Shown here in pieces: positions 45,487 to 56,634 of a DNA stretch of 64,000 bases (positions are counted from its first letter, which is position 1; every line of letters begins with the position of its first letter). The notes under the pieces are model-generated. The model did no database searches. It saw only the letters and a program-made list of their open reading frames with translations, and was not told the origin of the DNA. The stretch spans positions 2,990 to 66,989 of the forward strand of contig JBHHXH010000002.1 of NCBI GenBank assembly GCA_046756925.1, written 5' to 3'. The position numbers and the translations under genes were made by a program. Origin of the DNA: Nitrospiria bacterium. Lineage in GTDB: Bacteria; Nitrospirota; Nitrospiria; SBBL01; JAADHI01.

Positions 45487-46556
45487 GGGTGGTGATCGCG
45501 GGCGGGGGTACGGGCGGACATCTTTTTCCGGGTATTGCATTGGCGGATGCCTTTCGGCAAATAGCGGCGGATGTGAGCATTCTCTTCGTCGGCACATCGA
45601 AAGGCCTTGGAGACGCCCCGCTGTTGGGTCGGCACCATCGGTTTGAGACGGTTTCGGCGGCCGGTTTTATCGGAAAAGGGTTCATCGGACGGATGAAATC
45701 CCTCCTTTCGATCCCCATTGCCTTATATCAATCCATTCGAATATTAAGACGTTTTTCACCTCAGTTGGTGATCGGTATGGGCGGATATGCCGCCGGTCCG
45801 GTCCTCCTGGCCTCGGTGTTGCTTCGTTTAAAACGGGTGATTCTGGAACCCAATGTCGTGCCGGGTTTATCCAACCGTCTCATTGCGCCATTTTGTCATA
45901 TCGTCTTTACGGCTTTCGAAGAAACGCGGCACAGGTTGAGGGCGCATACGATCCAACGTCTCGGCATGCCGGTCCGGCCTGAAATCGTGGATGCAAAACC
46001 GGCGCAAAACAGGCAAGCGGGACACACCCTCTTGGTGCTGGGCGGGAGCCAGGGGGCGCATTCGATCAATGGGGCGATGATGACCGCGCTGCCTTCATTG
46101 GAAGCGCTCAATGAAAGTTTGTTCATCATCCATCAAACCGGTGAAAAAGACCAAGCGGCGGTTCGATCGGCTTACCAAGCGGCGGGGTTTGCCGCGGAAG
46201 TCACCGCCTTTATCGACGATATGGCTGCCGCTTACATGGCATCGGATCTGGTGGTGAGCCGAGCCGGCGCCGGAACCCTTTCGGAGTTGGCCGTGCTGGG
46301 CAAGGCGTCGCTTCTCATCCCCTTTCCGTATGCGGCGGGCCACCAAGAGGAAAATGCGGCGGCCTTTGTCGCCGCCGGAGCGGCCGTGATGCTCTACGAC
46401 CGCGCCTTAAGCGGTTCCCGTACGGCGCTCGAAATTCGAAACCTGCTATCCGATGCCAAGCGGAGGCGGGAGATGGAAACGGCGGCAAAACAGCAGGGGA
46501 ATGTCAACGCCGCGGAGGCGATCGTCAACGCATGCCTGGGATTGTTGCAGGAATAA
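45468..46556 (+). CDS. murG: Lipid II synthase MurG
   Basis: AGGGTGGHLFPGIALA N-terminal glycine-rich loop. GT28 layout. Confidence 0.9.
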   Translation: MGGASVRVVIAGGGTGGHLFPGIALADAFRQIAADVSILFVGTSKGLGDAPLLGRHHRFETVSAAGFIGKGFIGRMKSLLSIPIALYQSIRILRRFSPQLVIGMGGYAAGPVLLASVLLRLKRVILEPNVVPGLSNRLIAPFCHIVFTAFEETRHRLRAHTIQRLGMPVRPEIVDAKPAQNRQAGHTLLVLGGSQGAHSINGAMMTALPSLEALNESLFIIHQTGEKDQAAVRSAYQAAGFAAEVTAFIDDMAAAYMASDLVVSRAGAGTLSELAVLGKASLLIPFPYAAGHQEENAAAFVAAGAAVMLYDRALSGSRTALEIRNLLSDAKRRREMETAAKQQGNVNAAEAIVNACLGLLQE

Positions 46557-46666
46557 GGGAACATAAAGGCGGCCCTTTGGATTTAGAGGGTGTGCCGTTC
46601 AGCTATGCGCCCGCTGAAGCGATCGTCAAAACCGAAGCGATTGTTGAAGCCAAAGAAGAAGGCAGA

Positions 46667-48043
46667 ATGTTTCGAAAAGTACAGTATATCCACTTCGTCG
46701 GCATCGGGGGCGCCGGAATGAGCGGGATCGCGGAGATTTTGCTGAATATGAAATTCCAGGTCAGCGGTTCGGACTGCTTAAGCACGGAGCGGACGAAACA
46801 TCTTGAAGCGAGTGGAGGGAAAATTTACATCGGACATGATCCACGATTTATCGAGGGCGCACAAGTGGTCGTTTATTCCTCTGCGGTTTCCGATGACAAT
46901 GTCGAAATCGTCGCCGCGAAAGAGAAAAAAATCCCAGTCATTCCGCGAGCGGAGATGCTTGCCGAGCTGATGCGGCTTCGATATGGGATTGCCGTCGCGG
47001 GGGCGCATGGGAAGACGACCACCACCACCATGATTGCCACGGTATTGGCGGAAGGCGGGCTGGATCCGACAGCCGTCATCGGGGGGAAGGTGAATCAGTA
47101 CGGAGGCCCTGCGCAGAAAGGAGAAGGAGAATTCCTGGTCGCCGAAGCGGACGAAAGCGACGGCTCTTTTTTGAAGTTAAGTCCGACCATCGCCGTGGTC
47201 ACGGGCCTCGATCATGAGCATCTCGATTACTACAAAACATTCGATGCCATCGAATCGACTTTTCTCGATTTTATGAACAAGGTCCCATTTTACGGTCTGG
47301 CCATTCTCTGCGGAGACGATCCGGTGCTGACCCGGATGATTCATCGGACGGAAAAACGCCTATTGAGATATGGAACTTCACAGGCCGTTCAGTTGCGTGC
47401 CGAGGAGATGCGGTATCAGCCCTGGAAAACCGAGTTCGAGGTGGTGTTCCAAGGGAATAAATTGGGGCAATTTGTGCTCCCCGCACCTGGGCGCCATAAT
47501 GTACTCAATGCCCTGGCGGCGATTGCGGTGGGTCTTGAGTTGGATCTGCCGACGACAACCATCAAAAAAGGCATCCTCGCCTATCGTGGCGTAGAGAGGC
47601 GTTTCCAACTCCGGGGAGAAACGAGAGGTGTTGTGGTCATTGACGATTACGCCCATCATCCCACGGAGATCCAAGCGGCTGTGGCCGCAGCGAAAGGCGG
47701 ATGGGGCCGGCCGCTGGCGGTTGTATTTCAGCCGCACCGATATTCCCGAACCCGAGATTGCCTCGAATCCCTTGCGAAGTCGTTTCAAGACGTCGATTAT
47801 TTGTATCTGACGGACATTTATCCTGCGGGGGAAGCGCCGATCCCCGGAATAGACGGAGAGCGGCTGTATTGTGAGGTGTGTCGTTACCGTAAAGAGCATA
47901 CGTATTTCATGAAAGAGTCGGCAGAAATCGTTTCCGCGCTTCAAAACATCGCACAAACCGGTACGATGCTCATGACCCTCGGTGCGGGGGATGTATGGAA
48001 GGTGGGGAAGGCTTTTTTATCCGGGGGAGCGCATGCGTCTTAA
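46667..48043 (+). CDS. murC: UDP-MurNAc--L-Ala ligase MurC
   Basis: Start at MFRKVQYIHFVGIGGAGMSGIAEIL. GAHGKTTTT P-loop. The ORF-track extension to 46532 overlaps murG and has no homologous content. Confidence 0.9.
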   Translation: MFRKVQYIHFVGIGGAGMSGIAEILLNMKFQVSGSDCLSTERTKHLEASGGKIYIGHDPRFIEGAQVVVYSSAVSDDNVEIVAAKEKKIPVIPRAEMLAELMRLRYGIAVAGAHGKTTTTTMIATVLAEGGLDPTAVIGGKVNQYGGPAQKGEGEFLVAEADESDGSFLKLSPTIAVVTGLDHEHLDYYKTFDAIESTFLDFMNKVPFYGLAILCGDDPVLTRMIHRTEKRLLRYGTSQAVQLRAEEMRYQPWKTEFEVVFQGNKLGQFVLPAPGRHNVLNALAAIAVGLELDLPTTTIKKGILAYRGVERRFQLRGETRGVVVIDDYAHHPTEIQAAVAAAKGGWGRPLAVVFQPHRYSRTRDCLESLAKSFQDVDYLYLTDIYPAGEAPIPGIDGERLYCEVCRYRKEHTYFMKESAEIVSALQNIAQTGTMLMTLGAGDVWKVGKAFLSGGAHAS

Positions 48044-48069
48044 AAGTCGCCCTCGGTATCTTGGCTTGA

Positions 48070-49053
48070 ATGATGAGGTCTTGCTGTTCTCGGATTTATT
48101 GCTTCGGTGCGATTTCGAATGGCCATCGTCGAATCGGAGATAAAAAAACGGACGCTGCGATTTTGAAAGAAGCCTTGGAGGAATATCCGGGGGAAACGCG
48201 ATGGGACGAATCACTGGCCCCCTATACTTCGCTGAAAGTTGGCGGTCGCGCGGATGCCCTGGTGTTTCCGGGCTCGGTTGAGATGCTTATGGAATTGATG
48301 AAAGGGATCTCGAAGGCCGGTGTGCCCTATTTCGTTTTGGGAAACGGGACAAACGTGCTTGTGAAGGAAGGGGGCATCCGAGGTTTGGTCTTGAATTTAA
48401 AAAACCTCAACCGGATCGAATTGATCGGCTTCGACGTGATCTTTGCGGAAGCCGGAAGCGCCTATCCGAAGGTAGCGACCTTTGCGATGGAGCATCATTT
48501 GGGAGGCATTGAATACGCCGCCGGCATTCCCGGCACGGTCGGGGGGGCGGTGGCGATGAACGCCGGCATTCCGAATTGCGATACGGGATCCTCCTTGCTG
48601 AATATTGGCCTGGTCGATGAAGCCGGAACGCTCCGCGATCTCTCTCCGCAGGAGATCGATTTCGGATACCGCAGCACCTCGCTTCCGCAAGGAGTGGTGG
48701 TCTCCGCCGCTTTCCGACTGACACCCACTCCGGAGGAGGAGGTTGAGGCGTCCTTAAAAGCGTACTTAAAAACCCGGAGGACGCGCCAACCCTTGGATTT
48801 ATCCAATTGCGGCTCGGTCTTTAAAAACCCGCCGGATGGATTTGCGGGAGATTTAATTGAACAAGCCGGTTTAAAAGGCTGTCGTGTCGGAGATGCGCAG
48901 GTCTCGACGAAACATGGGAATTTCATCGTCAATCTGGGTTCGGCGAGGGCCGACGATGTGCTGGCGCTCATCGAAAAAATGCACGAGGCGATCGTCGCGC
49001 GCTTCGGGATTTCCCTCGAGTTGGAGGTGAAAGTGGTCGGAAGCGATAAATAG
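48070..49053 (+). CDS. murB: UDP-N-acetylenolpyruvoylglucosamine reductase MurB
   Basis: PYTSLKVGGRADALVFP FAD-domain motif and GSVFKNP. The N-terminal 30 aa (Cys-rich, non-conserved look) make the exact start uncertain. Confidence 0.85.
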   Translation: MMRSCCSRIYCFGAISNGHRRIGDKKTDAAILKEALEEYPGETRWDESLAPYTSLKVGGRADALVFPGSVEMLMELMKGISKAGVPYFVLGNGTNVLVKEGGIRGLVLNLKNLNRIELIGFDVIFAEAGSAYPKVATFAMEHHLGGIEYAAGIPGTVGGAVAMNAGIPNCDTGSSLLNIGLVDEAGTLRDLSPQEIDFGYRSTSLPQGVVVSAAFRLTPTPEEEVEASLKAYLKTRRTRQPLDLSNCGSVFKNPPDGFAGDLIEQAGLKGCRVGDAQVSTKHGNFIVNLGSARADDVLALIEKMHEAIVARFGISLELEVKVVGSDK

Positions 49054-49097
49054 GGCGTTTGGAAATGATGACCTCAAAGACCTCATTGGAGAATTGA

Positions 49098-50039
49098 TTG
49101 AATCGGTCTCGCTTTATCGGGAAAAAAATCGGTGTATTGATGGGGGGTCTCTCTGCGGAGCGGGAGGTGTCTTTGAAGACGGGAGCGGCGGTGACCGCCG
49201 CGCTCGAACGCCGAGGCTGCCAGGTTATCCCCATAATCGTCGATGCCGAAATTCCAAAGGTGCTCGGCAGGGAAAAGATCGATGTGGCCTTTATCGCCCT
49301 GCACGGGCGTTTTGGGGAAGACGGCGCGATCCAAGGACTTCTTGAAATCATGCGGATTCCGTATACCGGGTCCGGAATCGCCGCGAGCAGCCTTGCCATG
49401 AACAAAATCTCGTCGCGCGATATTTTTCATGCCCACCGGCTTCCCACGCCGCCTTCACAGGCGTTCTTTAAATCGGAAGCGGAAGCGCCCCATCCGGATC
49501 GATTGCCCTTCGGGCTTCCGGCGGTGGTCAAACCCGTTTCGGAAGGGTCTAGTGTTGGCGTGAGACTCGTCGCGACGCCCGAAGAATTCGAAAATGCCGT
49601 TCAGGGCGCCTTTTATTTCGGACCCAGCATCCTTGTGGAAAAGTATATCGCCGGCAAGGAAGTTCATGTCGGCATTCTCAACGAAAAAGCCTTGGGCGCG
49701 ATTGAAATTCGACCGAAGGGGGCATTCTATGACTATTCAGCAAAATATATTCCCGGCCAGTCGAGGCACATTTTTCCTGCGCCGCTGCCAGCGGAAGTCT
49801 ACGAAACGGTGTGCGATTTGGGCATGCGTGCCCATCGGGCATTGGGCTGTAGGAACTATAGCCGGGTCGATCTCCTGCTGGACAAGGAAAATCATCCCTG
49901 TCTTCTCGAGGTCAACTCCCTCCCCGGCATGACCGAGACCAGCTTGATGCCGGAAATCGCACAGGGTGTCGGAATGTCCTTCGACGATTTGGTGGAGGCG
50001 ATATTGGAAACCGCTTCGAGCAGTAACGAGAGGATATAA
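49098..50039 (+). CDS. ddl: D-alanine--D-alanine ligase
   Basis: TTG start 6 nt after GGAG. GGLSAEREVSL, ALHGRFGEDGAIQGLLE, EVNSLPGMT. Confidence 0.9.
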   Translation: MNRSRFIGKKIGVLMGGLSAEREVSLKTGAAVTAALERRGCQVIPIIVDAEIPKVLGREKIDVAFIALHGRFGEDGAIQGLLEIMRIPYTGSGIAASSLAMNKISSRDIFHAHRLPTPPSQAFFKSEAEAPHPDRLPFGLPAVVKPVSEGSSVGVRLVATPEEFENAVQGAFYFGPSILVEKYIAGKEVHVGILNEKALGAIEIRPKGAFYDYSAKYIPGQSRHIFPAPLPAEVYETVCDLGMRAHRALGCRNYSRVDLLLDKENHPCLLEVNSLPGMTETSLMPEIAQGVGMSFDDLVEAILETASSSNERI

Positions 50040-50885
50040 ATGCAGCGCAAACGCGATCGGAGACGGCAAAGGAAAAAGCAAAAGAAAGGATTGTCCGGAA
50101 GTGGGATGAAAGGGATGTTTCGTATTGTCGCGACCGCGGTCGTTTTTGGGACTTTGCTCTTTGCCGTCGCACTCGGACTCGAACGTATTGCCGTGTCTCC
50201 GGTTTTTCGCGTCGAGAAGATTTTATGGGTGGGACTTCAGCATCTCCAAGAAAAAGAGATGAAAACCCGGTTTCAGTCGGTGGTGGGGAGAAATATATTT
50301 CAGGTCGATATACAAGAGATCCATCGTCGACTGATATCCGACAAGTGGATTAAGGAGGCTGTCGTCAAGAAGGATTTTCCGAATCGCCTCGTGATCCGTG
50401 TGGTTGAAAGAAAACCGGCCTCGGTCGAGTATCGTCTCAAGGATTTTGAAGAGCGCGTGGTGGATCGATCGGTCGCCCCGGTCGTCCTCGATACGGAGGG
50501 CATGGTTTTACAAAAAGGGGGCGCATTGCCGACGGGTTTGGCCCCTCTGATTCATGTCAATCGGGAGGCCTACGATCGCGCCTTGGATTTGTGGGACTTG
50601 GTCGGAGATCGTTCGGACATCTACATCGATCTTTCGAACCCCAAGGACCTGCAGGTCTATATTACGACAAGGGATGGCGAACGTCGGCTCGGTGTGATCC
50701 ATTTTGGAGAAGAAATCACCGAAGACAGTTGGGATCGTTATGTGTCGATCGAAACGGATCTAAGAGAACGCGGTGTTTCCCCATGGGAAGTCGACCTGCG
50801 CTTCGATGGACAGGCTGTCATGAGATCGGGCCGGGAGCGAGATGACCCGGCGTCCGAAAAACCTTCCGCGGCAATGTATTTCTAA
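50040..50885 (+). CDS. ftsQ: Cell division protein FtsQ
   Basis: Basic N-terminus, single TM, then a POTRA-like region (VxGxxHL...IRVVERKP). Canonical position between ddl and ftsA. Confidence 0.75.
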   Translation: MQRKRDRRRQRKKQKKGLSGSGMKGMFRIVATAVVFGTLLFAVALGLERIAVSPVFRVEKILWVGLQHLQEKEMKTRFQSVVGRNIFQVDIQEIHRRLISDKWIKEAVVKKDFPNRLVIRVVERKPASVEYRLKDFEERVVDRSVAPVVLDTEGMVLQKGGALPTGLAPLIHVNREAYDRALDLWDLVGDRSDIYIDLSNPKDLQVYITTRDGERRLGVIHFGEEITEDSWDRYVSIETDLRERGVSPWEVDLRFDGQAVMRSGRERDDPASEKPSAAMYF

Positions 50886-50895
50886 AGGAGTCCCT

Positions 50896-52116
50896 ATGAC
50901 GAACGGAGAAGACATTTTAGTCGGTCTCGATGTCGGCACCACAAAGATATGCACCATTGTGGCGGAAATTATCGATAACAAACGGGTCGATATCATCGGG
51001 GTCGGAAGCCATCCTTCGACCGGTCTTAAAAAAGGCATGGTCGTGAATATCGAAAGCACGGTGAATGCAATCAAACGCTCTGTGGAAGAAGCCGAATTGA
51101 TGGCGGGGATCGACATCGATTCCGTCTACACGGGGATCGCGGGCGGTCATATCAAAGGTTTCAACAGCCGGGGGGTGCTTGCCGTCAAGGATCGGGAAGT
51201 CAGCCGTGCGGATATCGAAAAGGTGCTGGAAGCCGCCAGGGCCCAGGCCATTCCGCTCGACCGTGAGATTCTGCACGTATTGCCGCAAGAATTCATCGTC
51301 GACAGCCAAGACGGCATTAAAGACCCCCTCGGAATGTCGGGTGTGCGTCTCGAAGTGCTCGTGCATATTATTACAGGGGCCGTCACGGCCGCACAGAATA
51401 TCGAAAAGTCCATACAAAGAGCGGGATTGAGCGTTCGGGAGATGATCCTTCAGCCCTTGGCGTCGAGCGAAGCCATCCTGACGCAGGAAGAGAAGGAACT
51501 CGGGGTCGGTGTCGTCGATATCGGGGGCGGAACGACCGATATTGCCACCTTTGTCGACGGCGGCATCCGGCATACGGCGGTCTTGCCGATTGGAGGCAAC
51601 CATTTTACGAATGATATCGCGATCGGCCTCAGAACCCCGCGGTCGGAAGCGGAACGGATCAAAATTTCACATGGTTGCGCCTCGGTGGAGAGCATGGAAG
51701 AAGAGATCAAGGTCGATGTGCCCAGTGTCGGAGGCCGTCCGCATCGGAATCTATCGGGTCGTCTTCTTGCCGAGATCATCGAAGCGCGCGCCGAGGAACT
51801 TTTTTCGCTCGTGGCGCAGGAGATTGAAAAGATGAAAGACGAAGACCGTATCGCCTCCGGCATGGTGCTGACCGGTGGCGCCTCTTCGTTTAAGGGCATG
51901 GTGGAGGTGGCCGAACGTGTGCTTGGCCTCCCCGTTCGGACCGGCAATCCCTCCGGAATCGACGGCTTGGTCGATGTGGTCAATGCACCGGGATTCGCAA
52001 CCGGCATCGGATTGACATTGTACGCTTTTAGAAACAGAGACGAGAAAGAGGTTCGTCGAAATGGAAAACGACGGATGTTTTACCGAATGAAGGAATGGGT
52101 CAAGGATTTTTTTTAG
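50896..52116 (+). CDS. ftsA: Cell division protein FtsA
   Basis: ATG at 50896 after AAGGAG. Actin-fold motifs VGLDVGTTKI and DIGGGTTDIA. Confidence 0.92.
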   Translation: MTNGEDILVGLDVGTTKICTIVAEIIDNKRVDIIGVGSHPSTGLKKGMVVNIESTVNAIKRSVEEAELMAGIDIDSVYTGIAGGHIKGFNSRGVLAVKDREVSRADIEKVLEAARAQAIPLDREILHVLPQEFIVDSQDGIKDPLGMSGVRLEVLVHIITGAVTAAQNIEKSIQRAGLSVREMILQPLASSEAILTQEEKELGVGVVDIGGGTTDIATFVDGGIRHTAVLPIGGNHFTNDIAIGLRTPRSEAERIKISHGCASVESMEEEIKVDVPSVGGRPHRNLSGRLLAEIIEARAEELFSLVAQEIEKMKDEDRIASGMVLTGGASSFKGMVEVAERVLGLPVRTGNPSGIDGLVDVVNAPGFATGIGLTLYAFRNRDEKEVRRNGKRRMFYRMKEWVKDFF

Positions 52117-52153
52117 TGTCAGATGATTGAATGCCAATAGATAAGGAGGAGGT

Positions 52154-53305
52154 ATGTTTCTATTCGATGAAGATGGGCAAAACTTAAAGCCGGCGCGTAT
52201 CAAGGTGATCGGCATCGGCGGCGGCGGATCCAATGCCGTCAATAATATGATTTGCTGCAATGTGGAGGGTGTCGATTTTATCGCGGCCAATACGGACAGC
52301 CAGGCATTGAAGTTATCGAAGTCGCCGCAGATGATTCAGTTGGGCATGAAACTGACGCGCGGACTGGGCGCGGGCGGAAGACCCCAGATCGGCCGGGAAT
52401 CCGCCTTGGAAACGATCGATCATATCCGTGAAATGTTGACGGACGTGGACATGGTGTTCGTTACCGCTGGTATGGGTGGCGGAACCGGCACGGGCGCGGC
52501 CCCTGTGGTGGCCAACATCGCCAAGGAAATGGGCATATTAACCGTCGGGGTCGTGACGAAACCCTTCGATTTCGAAGGCCCGAAACGCATGAGACAAGCG
52601 GAGGAAGGCATACAAGAGCTGAAGAAGGGCTGCCATTCAGTCATCATCATCCCCAACCAGAAGCTCCTGAGTGTGGTGGAAAAAGGAACGCCCATGGTGG
52701 AGGCGTTTTTCGTTGTGGACGATGTCTTAAGACAGGCCGTTCAAGGCATTTCCGCACTGATTACGACACCGGGTCTGATGAATGTCGATTTTGCCGATGT
52801 TCGCGCGGTCATGTCGCATATGGGACGGTCCGTCATGGGAATGGGGCTTGCGAAAGGGGAAAATCGGGCCATGATTGCAGCGGAAGCCGCCATTTCAAGC
52901 CCGCTTTTGGAGGAGAGCTCCATCGAAGGCGCCCGCGGTGTCTTATTGAACGTCACCGGGGGGAAGGACCTTTCGCTTCATGAGGTCAGCGAGGCCTCCT
53001 CGGTGATTCAAAAGGCAGTGGACCCCGAAGCGAATATCATCTTTGGGGCCGTCATCTCGGAGCATATGACGGATTCGGTTCAAGTCACCGTCATCGCGAC
53101 GGGATTCGAAGAGTTGACCCTCAGAAACGAAGCACGAAAAGAAGAGATACGACCCGTTCGACCCGTCATAAAACCGCCGGTCAAAGAACGGGAGCAGGGG
53201 ATTGTGATCCATAAGGTACCATTGGACGAACGGCAGGCGCAGTCGCACTTCGGAGAAGATGAGTGGGACATTCCCACCTTTCTAAGGAATCAAAGCAACG
53301 GATGA
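52154..53305 (+). CDS. ftsZ: Cell division GTPase FtsZ
   Basis: [11 protein letters not shown] and the tubulin signature [16 protein letters not shown]-terminal DIPTFLR peptide. Confidence 0.95.
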   Translation: MFLFDEDGQNLKPARIKVIGIGGGGSNAVNNMICCNVEGVDFIAANTDSQALKLSKSPQMIQLGMKLTRGLGAGGRPQIGRESALETIDHIREMLTDVDMVFVTAGMGGGTGTGAAPVVANIAKEMGILTVGVVTKPFDFEGPKRMRQAEEGIQELKKGCHSVIIIPNQKLLSVVEKGTPMVEAFFVVDDVLRQAVQGISALITTPGLMNVDFADVRAVMSHMGRSVMGMGLAKGENRAMIAAEAAISSPLLEESSIEGARGVLLNVTGGKDLSLHEVSEASSVIQKAVDPEANIIFGAVISEHMTDSVQVTVIATGFEELTLRNEARKEEIRPVRPVIKPPVKEREQGIVIHKVPLDERQAQSHFGEDEWDIPTFLRNQSNG

Positions 53306-54036
53306 TGCAACAAGAAGTGCTTCAAACCTACCACTGGGTGGAGAACAATGGGCATGGATATCTTCAACTCCCTTTGCTCCACCACAGCTCTCTTTTTCAC
53401 TTTTTCGGAACGCGTCTCTTGTCGTCGATCTCCCCCAAAAACGGCAGCGATCCGGTCGCTTTGAAACAAGTTCACGAAGACCGTATTTGCCATGTCGGCG
53501 GAGCGACAGGCGTTTCCCAAGACGCGTTTGCGGGTTTAGAAGGGGACGCATTGGCGACCGATACCCCGAATCTGCTGTTGACGGTTTCAACGGCGGATTG
53601 TCTTCCGGTGCTTTTGTTCGATCCGCAACGGAAGGTGGTGTCCGCTATTCATGCCGGGTGGCGTGGAAGTGTGTTGAATATTGCTGGAAAAGCGGTTGCC
53701 GAGATGGCCTCGACCTACGGTTCGAACCCCCGGGACCTGCTTGCCGGCATCGGCCCATCGATCGGGCGCTGTTGTTTTATTGTAAAAGAAGATGTCGTGA
53801 CGGCCATCGAAACGAAGTGCCTTCATAAAGACCGGGTTTTGTTTAGGAATGGGGGAGGCCGTTGGCGGGTCGATTTAACGGTCCTCAACCGGCTTCAACT
53901 GATCGATGCCGGCCTTACATCCGAGCGGATTGCATCCACCGGGCTCTGCACATCGTGTCTGTCCAATCTCTTTTATTCCTACCGGAGGGAAAAAAAGAAA
54001 ACCGGCGGCATGTTGAGCGGAATTATGTTAGTCTAG
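53302..54036 (+). CDS. pgeF: PgeF/YfiH family protein (DUF152; purine nucleoside phosphorylase / peptidoglycan editing factor)
   Basis: ATG overlaps the ftsZ stop (ATGA). TADCLPV, HAGWRG and GLCTSC...FYSYRRE motifs. Confidence 0.8.
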   Translation: MMQQEVLQTYHWVENNGHGYLQLPLLHHSSLFHFFGTRLLSSISPKNGSDPVALKQVHEDRICHVGGATGVSQDAFAGLEGDALATDTPNLLLTVSTADCLPVLLFDPQRKVVSAIHAGWRGSVLNIAGKAVAEMASTYGSNPRDLLAGIGPSIGRCCFIVKEDVVTAIETKCLHKDRVLFRNGGGRWRVDLTVLNRLQLIDAGLTSERIASTGLCTSCLSNLFYSYRREKKKTGGMLSGIMLV

Positions 54037-54085
54037 AGTGCCGGGAGATTTAGGCCGAGAGGCTTGAGGGCGAGAGATTTGGGGT

Positions 54086-54778
54086 ATGGACGATGATCGT
54101 CAACCGACGATTTCGGAAAATCTGAACAGGGTAAAAGACGCGATCCACAGGGCGGCGGAGCGGTCCGGCAGAACCTCGGATCGGATCATGCTTGTTGCGG
54201 TATCCAAATACGTCCCGTTGGCGCAATTGAAAGAAGCGGCCCGATGGGGAATTTCGGTATTTGGCGAGAGTCGGGTTCAGGAAGGGGTCGCAAAATTTTT
54301 GGATTCGGGTTTCATTAAGGAAATCGATGCCCTGCATTTTATCGGCCCGCTTCAGACCAACAAGGTCAACAAAGCCGTCGGTTTATTCGATGTCATTCAT
54401 TCCGTCGATTCCATGCATTTGGCCGAACGAATTTCGCGGGAAGCCGGCCGGCGCGGCATCCGCCAATCGATTTTAATCGAAGTGAATATCGGTGGAGAAA
54501 AGAGCAAGCACGGAACCTCCCCTCGGGAGACACCCACGTTGGTAGACGCCATTCGAAGGCTCCCGAATCTTTCGCTGCTCGGACTCATGACTGTCCCGCC
54601 GCCGAGCCCTCATCCGGAGGGGTCGCGGCCGTATTTTGCGGCCCTTCGGACCTTGGGACAGCGCATGGACCTGCATCGTTTTTCCATGGGCATGTCTTCG
54701 GATTTTGAAGTGGCGATCGAAGAAGGAGCCACCTGGGTGCGGGTCGGGACGGCCCTTTTCGGTAAACGAGACGCATGA
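54086..54778 (+). CDS. yggS: PLP homeostasis protein YggS/YlmE
   Basis: LVAVSKY (PLP lysine), HFIGPLQTNK, LSMGMSSDFEVAIEEGATWVRVGTALFG. Confidence 0.85.
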   Translation: MDDDRQPTISENLNRVKDAIHRAAERSGRTSDRIMLVAVSKYVPLAQLKEAARWGISVFGESRVQEGVAKFLDSGFIKEIDALHFIGPLQTNKVNKAVGLFDVIHSVDSMHLAERISREAGRRGIRQSILIEVNIGGEKSKHGTSPRETPTLVDAIRRLPNLSLLGLMTVPPPSPHPEGSRPYFAALRTLGQRMDLHRFSMGMSSDFEVAIEEGATWVRVGTALFGKRDA

Positions 54779-55608
54779 AGAGCAAAAAGACAAGCAAAAA
54801 GAAAAGTGCCCGTATCGCCTTTCTGGGCTCTGGCAATATGTCGGAGGCGATCATCAAAGGTGTGTTGGGCGCTGGCTTGTTTAAGCCGGCCGATTTGCTG
54901 GCATCCGATGTTTCCAAAAAGCGGCTCGCATGGCTGGAGCAAACCTATGGCCTTCGGACGACCCAGTCGAACCGGGAGGCCGTTCGTGAAGGAGAAACCA
55001 TCGTCCTCGGCGTCAAGCCCATCATGGTCGAAGCGGTGCTGGCGGAGATTAAATCGGAACTGGCGGAGAAGATCATTGTTTCGATTGCTGCCGGGGTTCC
55101 GCTCGTGAAGCTTGCCGCCGGTCTCATGCGGGAGGCGAGAATCATACGGGCGATGCCGAATGCCCCGGCGCAAGTCCAGTCGGGCGCGACCGTACTGAGC
55201 CCGGGAAAGGGCGTGGAGACAAGACAGCTGTCCCAAGTGCTCAAGATCTTCGACGTAATCGGTAAAACCTGGGTCTTGGAAGAACGGTACATGGATGCGG
55301 TTACCGGACTGTCGGGAAGCGGTCCGGCCTTTGTCTTTATCATGATCGAAGCCTTGGCCGACGGTGGCGTCAAGGAGGGGCTTCCCAGGCAGGTTGCACT
55401 GTCTCTTGCGGCCCAAACGGTCTTGGGCGCGGCCGAGATGGTGATTCAGACGAGAGAACATCCGGCCCGATTGAAAGACTTTGTCGCCTCGCCCTCGGGC
55501 ACCACGATTTCAGGCCTTCACAAGCTCGAAGCGGGGAACTGCCGCGCCGCGTTTATCGCCGCGGTGGAAGCAGCGACCCAGCGGTCCCAAGAGCTGGGAA
55601 AAGAATAG
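54775..55608 (+). CDS. proC: Pyrroline-5-carboxylate reductase
   Basis: IAFLGSGNMSEAI Rossmann N-terminus, RAMPNAPAQV, SPSGTTISGL. Confidence 0.88.
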   Translation: MKSKKTSKKKSARIAFLGSGNMSEAIIKGVLGAGLFKPADLLASDVSKKRLAWLEQTYGLRTTQSNREAVREGETIVLGVKPIMVEAVLAEIKSELAEKIIVSIAAGVPLVKLAAGLMREARIIRAMPNAPAQVQSGATVLSPGKGVETRQLSQVLKIFDVIGKTWVLEERYMDAVTGLSGSGPAFVFIMIEALADGGVKEGLPRQVALSLAAQTVLGAAEMVIQTREHPARLKDFVASPSGTTISGLHKLEAGNCRAAFIAAVEAATQRSQELGKE

Positions 55609-55749
55609 TCTTTTTGCTCGGTTCAATATAAAATAGCAATACGTGTTTGAGTATTTTCGGTGGCTTTTCGGAGATGACGCAAGGCATAAAATATCCTGGC
55701 GTTATTCACACAAGCACCGCGACACCCACACCTTCATCGGAGAAACAGC

Positions 55750-56049
55750 ATGTTCATCGCGGCAAACTTCATATCGGCAACGGCCACCGTGATCGATATG
55801 ATCCTTCAATTTTATATGTGGGTCATTATCGCACGCGCGGTCATTTCATGGGTGAATCCGGATCCATACAATCCCATCGTTCAGTTTCTGTACAAGATCA
55901 CCGAACCGGTCCTCTATCCCATACGAATGCGGATGGCCAGTTATAGCAGCGGCATCGACTTATCTCCGATGATCCTGATCCTGATCATCATTTTTTTAAA
56001 GCAGTTTTTGGTCGGTTCGCTCGTCGCCTTGTCTCATCGGCTCCGCTAA
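55750..56049 (+). CDS. yggT: YggT/YlmG family membrane protein
   Basis: 99 aa, 2-3 TM. ...ARAVISWVNPDPYNPIVQFLYKITEPVLYPIR matches the YggT signature. Confidence 0.75.
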   Translation: MFIAANFISATATVIDMILQFYMWVIIARAVISWVNPDPYNPIVQFLYKITEPVLYPIRMRMASYSSGIDLSPMILILIIIFLKQFLVGSLVALSHRLR

Positions 56050-56133
56050 GGACCGGAAAGAGTTGAAGATCAATTTATTTCAGGTCAACCAGTAAAAAAA
56101 TAAAGGGAAACACCATGGAGAGTGAGGTTTAAG

Positions 56134-56634
56134 ATGAAATTGACACCGCTGGAAATTCGTCAAATGACGTTTGGAAAAAGTTTTAGAGGATATAATTGTA
56201 CAGAAGTCGATGACTTTGTCGAAACACTATCCGATGATTTGGATGACTTGGTCAAAGAAATCGCGTCTTACAAAGAACAATTGGAAAAACAAGACAATAC
56301 GATCTCGGAATTGGAAAAAGCGGAAGGGGCCATGACCGATACGCTCTTGATGGCCCAAAAGGCGATGGAAAATGTCAAGGCGAATGCTCAGAAAGAGGGA
56401 GAATTGATCATCCGTCAAGCGGAGATTCGCGCGGAAGAAATCACCGGGGCCGCGATTAAGCACGAGACGCAGCTGAAGGGAGAAATCATCAACCTAAAAC
56501 ATCGGAAAGTCGAATTGATCGAAAAGATAAAGTCGCTGCTTCGAGGGGTTGCGCGGGAATTGCAATGGGCCGCGGAAGACAAATCGAAGACCTTCTCCGA
56601 GGCGTCCAAGGAAGCCGAAATAGAACAGGAATAA
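56134..56634 (+). CDS. DivIVA domain protein
   Basis: MKLTPLEIRQMTFGKSFRGYNCTEVDDFVE (DivIVA N-terminal lipid-binding domain), followed by a coiled coil. Confidence 0.8.
   Translation: MKLTPLEIRQMTFGKSFRGYNCTEVDDFVETLSDDLDDLVKEIASYKEQLEKQDNTISELEKAEGAMTDTLLMAQKAMENVKANAQKEGELIIRQAEIRAEEITGAAIKHETQLKGEIINLKHRKVELIEKIKSLLRGVARELQWAAEDKSKTFSEASKEAEIEQE

Noticed and set aside
48119-48148. Possible third homopolymer frame problem at the murB 5' end (ATG 48119 out of frame, A7 run 48142-48148)
   Set aside because: An in-frame ATG (48070) already yields an uninterrupted MurB. The alternative requires assuming an indel and has no SD either. I noted it only as a place to look if the rsmH and hflX indels are confirmed.
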